DNA of 64,000 nucleotides from Octopus vulgaris (lineage: Eukaryota), in assembly GCA_951406725.2 (NCBI GenBank), contig OX597842.1, positions 248,001-312,000 of the forward strand, written 5' to 3'. The notes beneath the pieces were generated by a model. It was not told the DNA's origin. It was given only the letters and a program-made list of their open reading frames with translations, and did not search any database. The position numbers and the translations under genes are program-made. Below are positions 40,001-55,000 of this stretch, piece by piece (the first letter of the stretch is position 1; each line of letters begins with the position of its first letter).

Positions 40001-43000
40001 TTTCTTCATTGCACCACCACTCATTTGGTTACCATGTAGCTGCTATTATGACAGTCGTTCTGAATAGGATTGTGGTTATGATGTTTATCATCATCAGTTA
40101 TGGCACCTGTGCCGGTTGCACGTAAAAAGCACCATCCGTACGTTGCTGATGCCAGCGCCGCCTTGACCGGCTTCCATGTCGGTGGCATGAAAAAACGACC
40201 AACCGATCGTGGCCGTTGCCAGCCTCCCCTGGCACATAAAAAGTACCCACTACAGTCACATGTGTTTCACGTTTAGGAAAGGCATCCAGCTGTAGAAACA
40301 CTGCCAGATCAGACTGGAGCCTGGTGCAGCCTCCTGGCTTCCCAGATCCCGGTCGATCCGTCCAACCAATGCAAGCATAGAAAACGGATGTTAAACGATG
40401 ATGATGATGTTTCATGCAGAATTCATTCCTCCTTTTTAATGCCAACCATTTTACAGAGTACTTGGAGGCTTTTTTACATGGCACCAATACTAGGAGGTCG
40501 CCAATAACTATAAAGACAAAGGAAGCGGAAGGAAAAATCCCGACCGAAGAGCATAGCAGTGAGTGTGGTGGCTTTATACCAGGTGCTGAGAGGTTAAAAT
40601 AAGTGGGGTGGGTGTAAGTGGAAAGTGACATGGTTTAATCAGGCATACACCCATGTCTGATGAAATCATGTCCCAATAAACATAAATCTCATTAAATTAA
40701 AACTCGTTAGTCTAAGTGTAATAAGATGTCTAATTTCTTTTGATGGTCTCTATTACACATTTTCCCTTTTAATTTCCAAGGGCAAAAAAATTAACCCTTT
40801 AGCATTCAGATAATTCAGTGAAATGTAATCCTTATTTATTCAAATTGGTTTGAATTAATGATGGATTATCTCGTAGCTTTGAAATTTCAAAGATGTGATG
40901 ATGAATTTTTGGAATAACATTGTAGGGTAGGTGTGAGAGGGTGGATGTGGCTAGTTCAAACATAAGACAGATATGGCTGGTTTAATCCTTCAGCAATCAG
41001 GTTACTGTGAAATATAATGTTCTTTTCTTCATATTATTTTGAATTATATCATCTTAAAATCAAAAATTTTTGTTTCCATTTTTTACAGAATCGACAATTA
41101 CAAATGATGATAATGTCCACCAAAGTCGTAAGTGGATTAACAAACCTTTTCTCTCTTTTTAAACTAGACATTACCTTTTTATTTCTGTCTTCTATTTCTT
41201 TCCCTTAACTCATAACTTTTATCCAATCTTTTGATTTTTGATTTCTTTAAATTTTTAATTTAACCTTTGAGAAAGGCCAAAGAGCCAAAAATGCACATCA
41301 GGGAATGTACTGCAGCAGTGGTTTTCGACCAGGGTCATGATGGTTTGTGGAGGTCCATATAGGACTGACACCTTCAATTTTGATATGGATCCAACAAGCC
41401 ACAGCATTGTGGTGAACTCCATTCCATGCATTGGCAAGGCTTCTATTGCTTCATGGCCTTCCTAACTCTCACCACTTTAGCACATGTAGTGGCTGCTTTT
41501 CTTCATTGCACCATCACTCATTTGGTTACCATGTAGCTGCTATTATGACAGTCGTTCTGAATAGGATTGTGGTTATGATGTTTGTCATCATCAGTTGTGG
41601 CACCTGTGCAGGTGGCACGTAAAAAGAACCACCCGTACGTTGCCGATGACAGCGCCGCCTTGACTGGCTTCCATGTCGGTGGCATGAAAAAACCACCAAC
41701 CGATCGTGGCCGTTGCCAGCCTCCTCTGGCACAAAAAAAGTACCCACTACAGGCACGTGTGTTTCACGTTTAGGAAAGGCATCCAGCTGTAGAAACACTG
41801 CCAGATCAGACTGGAGCCTGGTGCAGCCTCCTGGCTTCCCAGATCCCGGTCGATCCGTCCAACCAATGCAAGCACAGAAAACGGATGTTAAACGATGATG
41901 ATGATGTTTCATGCAGAATTCATTCCTCCTTTTTAATGCCAACCATTTTACAGAGTACTTGGAGGCTTTTGTACGTGGCACCAATACTAGGAGGTCGCCA
42001 ATAACTATAAAGACAAAGGAAGCGGAAGGAAAAAGTCCCGACCGAAGAGCATAGCAGTGAGGTTGGTGGCTTTATACCAGGTGCTGAGAGGTTAAAATAA
42101 GTGGGGTGGGTGTAAGTGGAAAGTGACATGATTTAATCAGGCGTACACCCATGTCTGATGAAATCATGTCCCAATAAACATAAATCTCATTAAATTAAAA
42201 CTCGTTAGTCTAAGTGTAGTAAGATGTCTAATTTCTTTTGATGGTCTCTATTACACATTTTCACTTTTAATTTCCAAGGGCAAAAATACTGACCCTTTAG
42301 CATTCAGACAATTCAGTGAAATGTAATCCTTATTTATTCACATTCGTTTGAATTAATCATGGATTATCTCGTAGCTTTGAGATTTCAAAGATGTGATGAT
42401 GAATTTTTGGAATAACATTGTAGGGTAGGTGTGAGAGGGTGGATGTGGCTAGTTCAAACATAAAACAGATATGGCTGGTTTAATCCTTTAGCAATCAGAT
42501 TACTGTGAAATATAATGTTCTTTTATTCATATTATTTTGAATCATATCATCTTAAATCAAAAATTTTTGTTTCCATTTTTTACAGATTTGATAAATATAA
42601 ATGATGATAATATCACCCAAAGTGGTAAGTGGATTAACAAACCTTTTCTCTCCTAGACATTACCTTTTCAGTTCTGTCTTCTATTTCCTTCCCATAACTC
42701 ATAAGTTTTAGCCAATCTTTTGATTTTTGATTTCTTTAAATTTTTAATTTAAACTTTGAGAAAGGCTAAAGAGCCAAAAATGCACATCAGGGAATGTACT
42801 GCAGCAGTGGTTTTCGACCAGGGTCATGATGGTTTGTGGAGGTCCATATAGGACTGACACGTTCAATTTTGATATGGATCCAACAAGCCACAGCATTGTG
42901 GTGAACTCCATTCCATGCATTGGCAAGGCTTCTATTGCTTCATGGCCTTCCTAACACTCACCACTTTAGCACATGTAGTGGCTGCTTTTCTTCATTGCAC

Positions 43001-46000
43001 CACCACTCATTTAGTTACCATGTAGCTGCTATTATGACAGTCGTTCTGAATAGGATTGTGGTTATGATGTTTATCATCATCAGTTATGGCACCTGTGCCG
43101 GTTGCATGTAAAAAGCACCATCCATACGTTGCTGATGCAAGCGTCGCCTTGACTGGCTTCCATGTCGGTGGCATGAAAAAACCACCAACCGATCGTGGCC
43201 GTTGCCAGCCTCCTCTGGCACATAAAAAGTACCCACTACAGGCACGTGTATTTCACGTTTAGGAAAGGCATCCAGCTGTAGAAACACTGCCAGATCAGAC
43301 TGGAGCCTGGTGCAGCCTCCTGGCTTCCCAGATCCCGGTCGATCCGTCCAACCAATGCAAGCATAGAAAACAGATGTTAAACGATGATGATGATGTTTCA
43401 TGCAGAATTCATTCCTCCTTTTTAATGCCAACCATTTTACAGAGTACTTGGAGGCTTTTTTACATGGCACCAATACTAGGAGGTCGCCAATAACTATAAA
43501 GACAAAGGAAGTGGAAGGAAAAAGTCCCGACCAAAGAGCATAGCAGTGAGGTTGGTGGCTTTATACTAGGTGCTGAGAGGTTAAAATAAGTGGGGTGGGT
43601 GTAAGTGGAAAGTGACATGGTTTAATCAGGCGTACACCCATGTCAGCTGAAATCATGTCCCAATAAACATAAATCTCATTAAATTAAAACTCGTTAGTCT
43701 AAGTGTAATAAGATGTCTAATTCCTTTTGATGGTCTCTATTGCACATTTTCCCTTTTAATTTCCAAGGGCAAAAATATTGACCCTTTAGCATTCAGATTA
43801 TTCAGTGAAATTTAATCCTTATTTATTCACATTGGTTTGAATTAATCATGGATTATCTCGTAGCTTTGAAATTTCATTGATGTGATGATGAATTTTTGGA
43901 ATAACATTGTAGGGTAGGTGTGAGAGGGTGGATGTGGCTAGTTCAAACATAAAACAGATATGGCTGGATTAATCCTTTAGCAATCAGATTACTGTGAAAT
44001 ATAATGTTCTTTTATTCCAATTATTTTGAATCATATCATCTTAAAATCAAAAATTTTTGTTTCCATTTTTTACAGATTTGATAAATATAAATGATGATAA
44101 TATCACCCAAAGTGGTAAGTGGATTAACAAACCATTTCTCTCCTAGACATTACCTTTTCAGTTCTGTCTTCTATTTCCTTCCCATAACTCATAAGTTTTA
44201 GCCAATCTTTTGATTTTTGATTTCTTTAAATTTTTAATTTAACCTTTGAGAAAGGCTAAAGAGCCAAAAATGCACATCAGGGAATGTACTGCAGCAGTGG
44301 TTTTCGACCGGGGTCATGATGGTTTGTGGAGGTCCATATAGGACTGACACCTTCAATTTTGCTATGGATCCAACACACCAGAGCATTGTGGTGAACTCCA
44401 TTCCATGCATTGGCAAGGCTTCTATTGCTTCATGGCTTTCCTAACACTCACCACTTTAGCACATGTAGTGGCTGCTTTTCTTCATTGCACCACCACTCAT
44501 TTGGTTACCATGTAGCTGCTATTATGACAGTCGTTCTGAATAGGATTGTGGTTATGATGTTTATCATCATCAGTTATGGCACCTGTGCCGGTTGCACGTA
44601 AAAAGCACCATCCGTACGTTGCTGATGCCAGCGCCGCCTTGACTGGCTTCCATGTCGGTGGCATGAAAACCACCAACCGATCGTGGCCGTTGCCAGCCTC
44701 CCCTGGCACATAAAAAGTACCCACTACAGTCACGTGTGTTTCACGTTTAGGGAAGGCATCCAGCTGTAGAAACACTGCCAGATCAGACTGGAGCCTGGTG
44801 CAGCCTCCTGGCTTCCCAGATCCCGGTCGATCCGTCCAACCAATGCAAGCATAGAAAACGGATGTTAAACGATGATGATGATGTTTCATGCAGAATTCAT
44901 TCCTCCTTTTTAATGCCAACCATTTTACAGAGTACTTGGAGGCTTTTTTACATGGCACCAATACTAGGAGGTCGCCAATAACTATAAAGACAAAGGAAGC
45001 GGAAGGAAAAAGTCCCGACCGAAGAGCATAGCAGTGAGTGTGGTGGCTTTATACCAGGTGCTGAGAGGTTAAAATAAGTGGGGTGGGTGTAAGTGGAAAG
45101 TGACATGATTTAATCAGGCGTACACCCATGTCAGCTGAAATCATGTCCCAATAAACATAAATCTCATTAAATTAAAACTCGTTAGTCTAAGTGTGATAGG
45201 ATGTCTAATTTCTTTTGATGGTCTCTATTGCACATTTTCCCTTTTAATTCCAACGGCAAAAATATTAACCCTTTAGCATTCAGATTATTCAGTGAAATTT
45301 AATCCTTATTTATTCACATTGGTTTGAATTAATCATGGATTATTTCGTAGCTTTGAGATTTCATTGATGTGATGATGAATTTTTGGAATAACATTGTAGG
45401 GTAGGTGTGGGAGGTTGGATGTGGCTAGTTCAAACATAAACAGATATGGCTGGTTTAATCCTTTAGCAATCAGATTACTGTGAAATATAATGTTCTTTTA
45501 TTCACGTTTTTTTGAATAATATCATCTTAAAATCAAAAATATTTGTTTCTATTTTTACAGATTTGGAAGATGAAAATGATGAAAATATCAGCGATAGTGG
45601 TAAGTGGATTAACAAACCGTTTCTCTCCTAGACATTACCTTTTCAGTTCTGTCTTCTATTTCTTTCCCTTAACTCATAAGTTTTAGCCAATCTTTTGATT
45701 TTCGATCTCTTTAAATTTTTAATTTAATCTTTGAGAAAGGCTAAAGAGCCAAAAATGCACATCAGGGAATGTACTGCAGCAGTGGTTTTCGACCAGGGTC
45801 ATGATGGTTTTTGGGGGTCCATATAGGACTGACACCTTCAAGTTTGCTATGGATCCAACAAGCCACAGCATTGTGGTGAACTGCATTCCATGCATTGGCA
45901 AGGCTTCTATTGTTTCATGGCCTTCCTAACACCCAACACTTTACCTCATGCAGCGGCTGCTTTTCTTCATTGCACCATCACTTATTTGGTTACCATGTAG

Positions 46001-49000
46001 CTGCGATTATGACAGTCTTTCTGAATAGGATTGTTGTTATGATGTTTATCATCATCAGTAATGGCACCTGTGCCGGTGGCACGTAAAAGAACCATCCATA
46101 CGTTGCCGATGACAGCATCGCCTTGACTGGCTTCCATGTCGGTGGCATGAACAAACCACCAACCGATCGTGGCCGTTGCCAGCTTCCCCTGGCACATAAA
46201 AAGTACCCACTATAGTCACGTGTGTTTCGCGTTTAGGAAAGGCATCCAGCTGTAGAAACACAGCCAGATCAGACTGGAGCCTGGTGCAGCCTCCTGGCTT
46301 CCCAGATCCCGGTCGATCCGTCCAACCAATGCAAGCATGGAAAACGGATGTTAAACGATGATGATGATGTTTCATGCAGAATTCATTCCTCCGTTTTAAT
46401 GCCAACCATTTTACAGATTACTTGGAGGCTTTTTTTACATGGCACCAACACTAGTAGGTCGCCAATAACTATAAAGACAAAGGAAGAGGAAGGAAAAAGC
46501 CCCAACCGAAGAGCATAGCAGTGAGTGTGGTGGCTTTATACCAGGTGCTGAGAGGTTAAAATAAGTGGGGTGTTTGTAAGTGGAAAGTGACATGGTTTAA
46601 TCAGGCGTACACCCATGTCTGATGAAATCATGTCCCAATAAACATAAATCTCATTAAATTAAAACTTGTTAGTCTAAGCGTAATAAGATGTCTAATTTCT
46701 TTTGATGGTCTCTATTGCACATTTTCCCTTTTAATTTCCAAGAGCAAAAATATTAACCTTTAGCAATCAGATTATTCAGTGAAATGTAATCCTTATTTAT
46801 TCACATTGGTTTGAATTAATCATGGATTATTTCGTAGCTTTGAGATTTCATTGATGTGATGATGAATTTTTGGAATAACATTGTAGGGTAGGTGTGGGAG
46901 GTTGGATGTGGCTAGTTCAAACATAAACAGATATGGCTGGTTTAATCCTTTAGCAATCAGATTACTATGAAATATAATGTTCTTTTATTCACGTTTTTTT
47001 GAATAATATCATCTTAAAATCAAAAATATTTGTTTCTATTTTTACAGATTTGGAAGATGAAAATGATGAAAGTATCACCGATAGTGGTAAGTGGATTAAC
47101 AAACCGTTTCTCTCCTAGACATTACCTTTTCAGTTCTGTCTTCTATTTCTTTCCCTTAACTCATAAGTTTTAGCCAATCTTTTGATTTTCGATCTCTTTA
47201 AATTTTTAATTTAATCTTTGAGAAAGGCTAAAGAGCCAAAAATGCACATCAGGGAATGTACTGCAGCAGTGGTTTTCGACCGGGGTCATGATGGTTTTTG
47301 GGGGTCCATATAGGACTGACACCTTCAAGTTTGCTATGGATCCAACAAGCCACAGCATTGTGGTGAACTGCATTCCATGCATTGGCAAGGCTTCTATTGT
47401 TTCATGGCCTTCCTAACACCCAACACTTTACCACATGTCGTGGCTGCTTTTCTTCATTGCACCATCACTTATTTGGTTACCATGTAGCTGCGATTATGAC
47501 AGTCTTTCTGAATAGGATTGTTGTTATGATGTTTATCATCATCAGTAATGGCACCTGTGCCGGTGGCACGTAAAAAGAACCATCCGTACGTTGCCGATGA
47601 CAGCATCGCCTTGACTGGCTTCCATGTCGGTGGCATGAACAAACCACCAACCGATCGTGGCCGTTGCCAGCTTCCCCTGGCACATAAAAAGTACCCACTA
47701 TAGTCACGTGTGTTTCGCGTTTAGGAAAGGCATCCAGCTGTAGAAACACTGCCAGATCAGACTGGAGCCTGGTGCAGCCTCCTGGCTTCCCAGATCCCGG
47801 TCGATCCGTCCAACCAATGCAAGCATGGAAAACGGATGTTAAACGATGATGATGATGTTTCATGCAGAATTCATTCCTCCGTTTTAATGCCAACCATTTT
47901 ACAGATTACTTGGAGGCTTTTTTACATGGCACCAACACTAGTAGGTCGCCAATAACTATAAAGACAAAGGAAGAGGAAGGAAAAAGCCCCAACCGAAGAG
48001 CATAGCAGTGAGTGTGGTGGCTTTATACCAGGTGCTGAGAGGTTAAAATAAGTGGGGTGTTTGTAAGTGGAAAGTGACATGGTTTAATCAGGCGTACACC
48101 CATGTCTGATGAAATCATGTCCCAATAAACATAAATCTCATTAAATTAAAACTCGTTAGTCTAAGTGTAATAAGATGTCTAATTTCTTTTGATGGTCTCT
48201 ATTGCACATTTTCCCTTTTAATTTCCAAGAGCAAAAATATTAACCCTTTAGCAATCAGATTATTCAGTGAAATTTAATCCTTATTTATTCACATTGGTTT
48301 GAATTAATCATGGATTATTTCGTAGCTTTGAGATTTCATTGATGTGATGATGAATTTTTGGAATAACATTGTAGGGTAGGTGTGGGAGGTTGGATGTGGC
48401 TAGTTCAAACATAAACAGATATGGCTGGTTTAATCCTTTAGCAATCAGATTACTGTGAAATATAATGTTCTTTTATTCACGTTTTTTTGAATAATATCAT
48501 CTTAAAATCAAAAATATTTGTTTCTATTTTTACAGATTTGGAAGATGAAAATGATGAAAGTATCACCGATAGTGGTAAGTGGATTAACAAACCGTTTCTC
48601 TCCTAGACATTACCTTTTCAGTTCTGTCTTCTATTTCTTTCCCTTAACTCATAAGTTTTAGCCAATCTTTTGATTTTCGATCTCTTTAAATTTTTAATTT
48701 AATCTTTGAGAAAGGCTAAAGAGCCAAAAATGCACATCAGGGAATGTACTGCAGCAGTGGTTTTCAACCGGGGTCATGATGGTTTTTGGGGTCCATATAG
48801 GACTGACACCTTCAAGTTTGCTATGGATCCAACAAGCCACAGCATTGTGGTGAACTGCATTCCATGCATTGGCAAGGCTTCTATTGTTTCATGGCCTTCC
48901 TAACACCCAACACTTTACCACATGTCGTGGCTGCTTTTCTTCATTGCACCATCACTTATTTGGTTACCATGTAGCTGCGATTATGACAGTCTTTCTGAAT

Positions 49001-52000
49001 AGGATTGTTGTTATGATGTTTATCATCATCAGTAATGGCACCTGTGCCGGTGGCACGTAAAAAGAACCATCCGTACGTTGCCGATGACAGCATCGCCTTG
49101 ACTGGCTTCCATGTCGGTGGCATGAACAAACCACCAACCGATCGTGGCCGTTGCCAGCTTCCCCTGGCACATAAAAAGTACCCACTATAGTCACGTGTGT
49201 TTCGCGTTTAGGAAAGGCATCCAGCTGTAGAAACACTGCCAGATCAGACTGGAGCCTGGTGCAGCCTCCTGGCTTCCCAGATCCCGGTCGATCCGTCCAA
49301 CCAATGCAAGCATGGAAAACGGATGTTAAACGATGATGATGATGTTTCATGCAGAATTCATTCCTCCGTTTTAATGCCAACCATTTTACAGATTACTTGG
49401 AGGCTTTTTTACATGGCACCAACACTAGTAGGTCGCCAATAACTATAAAGACAAAGGAAGAGGAAGGAAAAAGCCCCAACCGAAGAGCATAGCAGTGAGT
49501 GTGGTGGCTTTATACCAGGTGCTGAGAGGTTAAAATAAGTGGGGTGTTTGTAAGTGGAAAGTGACATGGTTTAATCAGGCGTACACCCATGTCTGATGAA
49601 ATCATGTCCCAATAAACATAAATCTCATTAAATTAAAACTCGTTAGTCTAAGTGTAATAAGATGTCTAATTTCTTTTGATGGTCTCTATTGCACATTTTC
49701 CCTTTTAATTTCCAAGAGCAAAAATATTAACCCTTTAGCAATCAGATTATTCAGTGAAATTTAATCCTTATTTATTCACATTGGTTTGAATTAATCATGG
49801 ATTATTTCGTAGCTTTGAGATTTCATTGATGTGATGATGAATTTTTGGAATAACATTGTAGGGTAGGTGTGGGAGGTTGGATGTGGCTAGTTCAAACATA
49901 AACAGATATGGCTGGTTTAATCCTTTAGCAATCAGATTACTGTGAAATATAATGTTCTTTTATTCACGTTTTTTTGAATAATATCATCTTAAAATCAAAA
50001 ATATTTGTTTCTATTTTTACAGATTTGGAAGATGAAAATGATGAAAGTATCACCGATAGTGGTAAGTGGATTAACAAACCGTTTCTCTCCTAGACATTAC
50101 CTTTTCAGTTCTGTCTTCTATTTCTTTCCCTTAACTCATAAGTTTTAGCCAATCTTTTGATTTTCGATCTCTTTAAATTTTTAATTTAATCTTTGAGAAA
50201 GGCTAAAGAGCCAAAAATGCACATCAGGGAATGTACTGCAGCAGTGGTTTTCGACCGGGGTCATGATGGTTTTTGGGGGTCCATATAGGACTGACACCTT
50301 CAAGTTTGCTATGGATCCAACAAGCCACAGCATTGTGGTGAACTGCATTCCATGCATTGGCAAGGCTTCTATTGTTTCATGGCCTTCCTAACACCCAACA
50401 CTTTACCTCATGCAGCGGCTGCTTTTCTTCATTGCACCATCACTTATTTGGTTACAATGTAGCTGCGATTATGACAGTCTTTCTGAATAGGATTGTTGTT
50501 ATGATGTTTATCATCATCAGTAATGGCACCTGTGCCGGTGGCACGTAAAAAGAACCATCCGTACGTTGCCGATGACAGCATCGCCTTGACTGGCTTCCAT
50601 GTCGGTGGCATGAACAAACCACCAACCGATCGTGGCCGTTGCCAGCTTCCCCTGGAACATAAAAAGTACCCACTATAGTCACGTGTGTTTCGCGTTTAGG
50701 AAAGGCATCCAGCTGTAGAAACACTGCCAGATCAGACTGGAGCCTGGTGCAGCCTCCTGGCTTCCCAGATCCCGGTCGATCCGTCCAACCAATGCAAGCA
50801 TGGAAAACGGATGTTAAACGATGATGATGATGTTTCATGCAGAATTCATTCCTCCGTTTTAATGCCAACCATTTTACAGATTACTTGGAGGCTTTTTTAC
50901 ATGGCACCAACACTAGTAGGTCGCCAATAACTATAAAGACAAAGGAAGAGGAAGGAAAAAGCCCCAACCGAAGAGCATAGCAGTGAGTGTGGTGGCTTTA
51001 TACCAGGTGCTGAGAGGTTAAAATAAGTGGGGTGTTTGTAAGTGGAAAGTGACATGGTTTAATCAGGCGTACACCCATGTCTGATGAAATCATGTCCCAA
51101 TAAACATAAATCTCATTAAATTAAAACTCGTTAGTCTAAGTGTAATAAGATGTCTAATTCCTTTTGATGGTCTCTATTGCACATTTTCCCTTTTAATTTC
51201 CAAGGGCAAAAATATTGACCCTTTAGCATTCAGATTATTCAGTGAAATTTAATCCTTATTTATTCACATTGGTTTGAATTAATCATGGATTATCTCGTAG
51301 CTTTGAAATTTCATTGATGTGATGATGAATTTTTGGAATAACATTGTAGGGTAGGTGTGAGAGGGTGGATGTGGCTAGTTCAAACATAAAACAGATATGG
51401 CTGGATTAATCCTTTAGCAATCAGATTACTGTGAAATATAATGTTCTTTTATTCCAATTATTTTGAATCATATCATCTTAAAATCAAAAATTTTTGTTTC
51501 CATTTTTTACAGATTTGATAAATATAAATGATGATAATATCACCCAAAGTGGTAAGTGGATTAACAAACCATTTCTCTCCTAGACATTACCTTTTCAGTT
51601 CTGTCTTCTATTTCCTTCCCATAACTCATAAGTTTTAGCCAATCTTTTGATTTTTGATTTCTTTAAATTTTTAATTTAACCTTTGAGAAAGGCTAAAGAG
51701 CCAAAAATGCACATCAGGGAATGTACTGCAGCAGTGGTTTTCGACCGGGGTCATGATGGTTTGTGGAGGTCCATATAGGACTGACACCTTCAATTTTGCT
51801 ATGGATCCAACACACCAGAGCATTGTGGTGAACTCCATTCCATGCATTGGCAAGGCTTCTATTGCTTCATGGCTTTCCTAACACTCACCACTTTAGCACA
51901 TGTAGTGGCTGCTTTTCTTCATTGCACCACCACTCATTTGGTTACCATGTAGCTGCTATTATGACAGTCGTTCTGAATAGGATTGTGGTTATGATGTTTA

Positions 52001-55000
52001 TCATCATCAGTTATGGCACCTGTGCCGGTTGCACGTAAAAAGCACCATCCGTACGTTGCTGATGCCAGCGCCGCCTTGACCGGCTTCCATGTCGGTGGCA
52101 TGAAAACGACCAACCGATCGTGGCCGTTGCCAGCCTCCCCTGGCACATAAAAAGTACCCACTACAGTCACATGTGTTTCACGTTTAGGAAAGGCATCCAG
52201 CTGTAGAAACACTGCCAGATCAGACTGGAGCCTGGTGCAGCCTCCTGGCTTCCCAGATCCCGGTCGATCCGTCCAACCAATGCAAGCATAGAAAACGGAT
52301 GTTAAACGATGATGATGATGTTTCATGCAGAATTCATTCCTCCTTTTTAATGCCAACCATTTTACAGAGTACTTGGAGGCTTTTTTACATGGCACCAATA
52401 CTAGGAGGTCGCCAATAACTATAAAGACAAAGGAAGCGGAAGGAAAAATCCCGACCGAAGAGCATAGCAGTGAGTGTGGTGGCTTTATACCAGGTGCTGA
52501 GAGGTTAAAATAAGTGGGGTGGGTGTAAGTGGAAAGTGACATGGTTTAATCAGGCATACACCCATGTCTGATGAAATCATGTCCCAATAAACATAAATCT
52601 CATTAAATTAAAACTCGTTAGTCTAAGTGTAATAAGATGTCTAATTTCTTTTGATGGTCTCTATTACACATTTTCCCTTTTAATTTCCAAGGGCAAAAAA
52701 AATTAACCCTTTAGCATTCAGATAATTCAGTGAAATGTAATCCTTATTTATTCAAATTGGTTTGAATTAATGATGGATTATCTCGTAGCTTTGAAATTTC
52801 AAAGATGTGATGATGAATTTTTGGAATAACATTGTAGGGTAGGTGTGAGAGGGTGGATGTGGCTAGTTCAAACATAAGACAGATATGGCTGGTTTAATCC
52901 TTCAGCAATCAGGTTACTGTGAAATATAATGTTCTTTTCTTCATATTATTTTGAATTATATCATCTTAAAATCAAAAATTTTTGTTTCCATTTTTTACAG
53001 AATCGACAATTACAAATGATGATAATGTCCACCAAAGTCGTAAGTGGATTAACAAACCTTTTCTCTCTTTTTAAACTAGACATTACCTTTTTATTTCTGT
53101 CTTCTATTTCTTTCCCTTAACTCATAACTTTTATCCAATCTTTTGATTTTTGATTTCTTTAAATTTTTAATTTAACCTTTGAGAAAGGCCAAAGAGCCAA
53201 AAATGCACATCAGGGAATGTACTGCAGCAGTGGTTTTCGACCAGGGTCATGATGGTTTGTGGAGGTCCATATAGGACTGACACCTTCAATTTTGATATGG
53301 ATCCAACAAGCCACAGCATTGTGGTGAACTCCATTCCATGCATTGGCAAGGCTTCTATTGCTTCATGGCCTTCCTAACTCTCACCACTTTAGCACATGTA
53401 GTGGCTGCTTTTCTTCATTGCACCATCACTCATTTGGTTACCATGTAGCTGCTATTATGACAGTCGTTCTGAATAGGATTGTGGTTATGATGTTTGTCAT
53501 CATCAGTTGTGGCACCTGTGCAGGTGGCACGTAAAAAGAACCACCCGTACGTTGCCGATGACAGCGCCGCCTTGACTGGCTTCCATGTCGGTGGCATGAA
53601 AAAACCACCAACCGATCGTGGCCGTTGCCAGCCTCCTCTGGCACAAAAAAAGTACCCACTACAGGCACGTGTGTTTCACGTTTAGGAAAGGCATCCAGCT
53701 GTAGAAACACTGCCAGATCAGACTGGAGCCTGGTGCAGCCTCCTGGCTTCCCAGATCCCGGTCGATCCGTCCAACCAATGCAAGCACAGAAAACGGATGT
53801 TAAACGATGATGATGATGTTTCATGCAGAATTCATTCCTCCTTTTTAATGCCAACCATTTTACAGAGTACTTGGAGGCTTTTGTACGTGGCACCAATACT
53901 AGGAGGTCGCCAATAACTATAAAGACAAAGGAAGCGGAAGGAAAAAGTCCCGACCGAAGAGCATAGCAGTGAGGTTGGTGGCTTTATACCAGGTGCTGAG
54001 AGGTTAAAATAAGTGGGGTGGGTGTAAGTGGAAAGTGACATGATTTAATCAGGCGTACACCCATGTCTGATGAAATCATGTCCCAATAAACATAAATCTC
54101 ATTAAATTAAAACCTCGTTAGTCTAAGTGTAGTAAGATGTCTAATTTCTTTTGATGGTCTCTATTACACATTTTCACTTTTAATTTCCAAGGGCAAAAAT
54201 ACTGACCCTTTAGCATTCAGACAATTCAGTGAAATGTAATCCTTATTTATTCACATTCGTTTGAATTAATCATGGATTATCTCGTAGCTTTGAGATTTCA
54301 AAGATGTGATGATGAATTTTGGAATAACATTGTAGGGTAGGTGTGAGAGGGTGGATGTGGCTAGTTCAAACATAAAACAGATATGGCTGGTTTAATCCTT
54401 TAGCAATCAGATTACTGTGAAATATAATGTTCTTTTATTCATATTATTTTGAATCATATCATCTTAAATCAAAAATTTTTGTTTCCATTTTTTACAGATT
54501 TGATAAATATAAATGATGATAATATCACCCAAAGTGGTAAGTGGATTAACAAACCTTTTCTCTCCTAGACATTACCTTTTCAGTTCTGTCTTCTATTTCC
54601 TTCCCATAACTCATAAGTTTTAGCCAATCTTTTGATTTTTGATTTCTTTAAATTTTTAATTTAAACTTTGAGAAAGGCTAAAGAGCCAAAAATGCACATC
54701 AGGGAATGTACTGCAGCAGTGGTTTTCGACCAGGGTCATGATGGTTTGTGGAGGTCCATATAGGACTGACACGTTCAATTTTGATATGGATCCAACAAGC
54801 CACAGCATTGTGGTGAACTCCATTCCATGCATTGGCAAGGCTTCTATTGCTTCATGGCCTTCCTAACACTCACCACTTTAGCACATGTAGTGGCTGCTTT
54901 TCTTCATTGCACCACCACTCATTTAGTTACCATGTAGCTGCTATTATGACAGTCGTTCTGAATAGGATTGTGGTTATGATGTTTATCATCATCAGTTATG

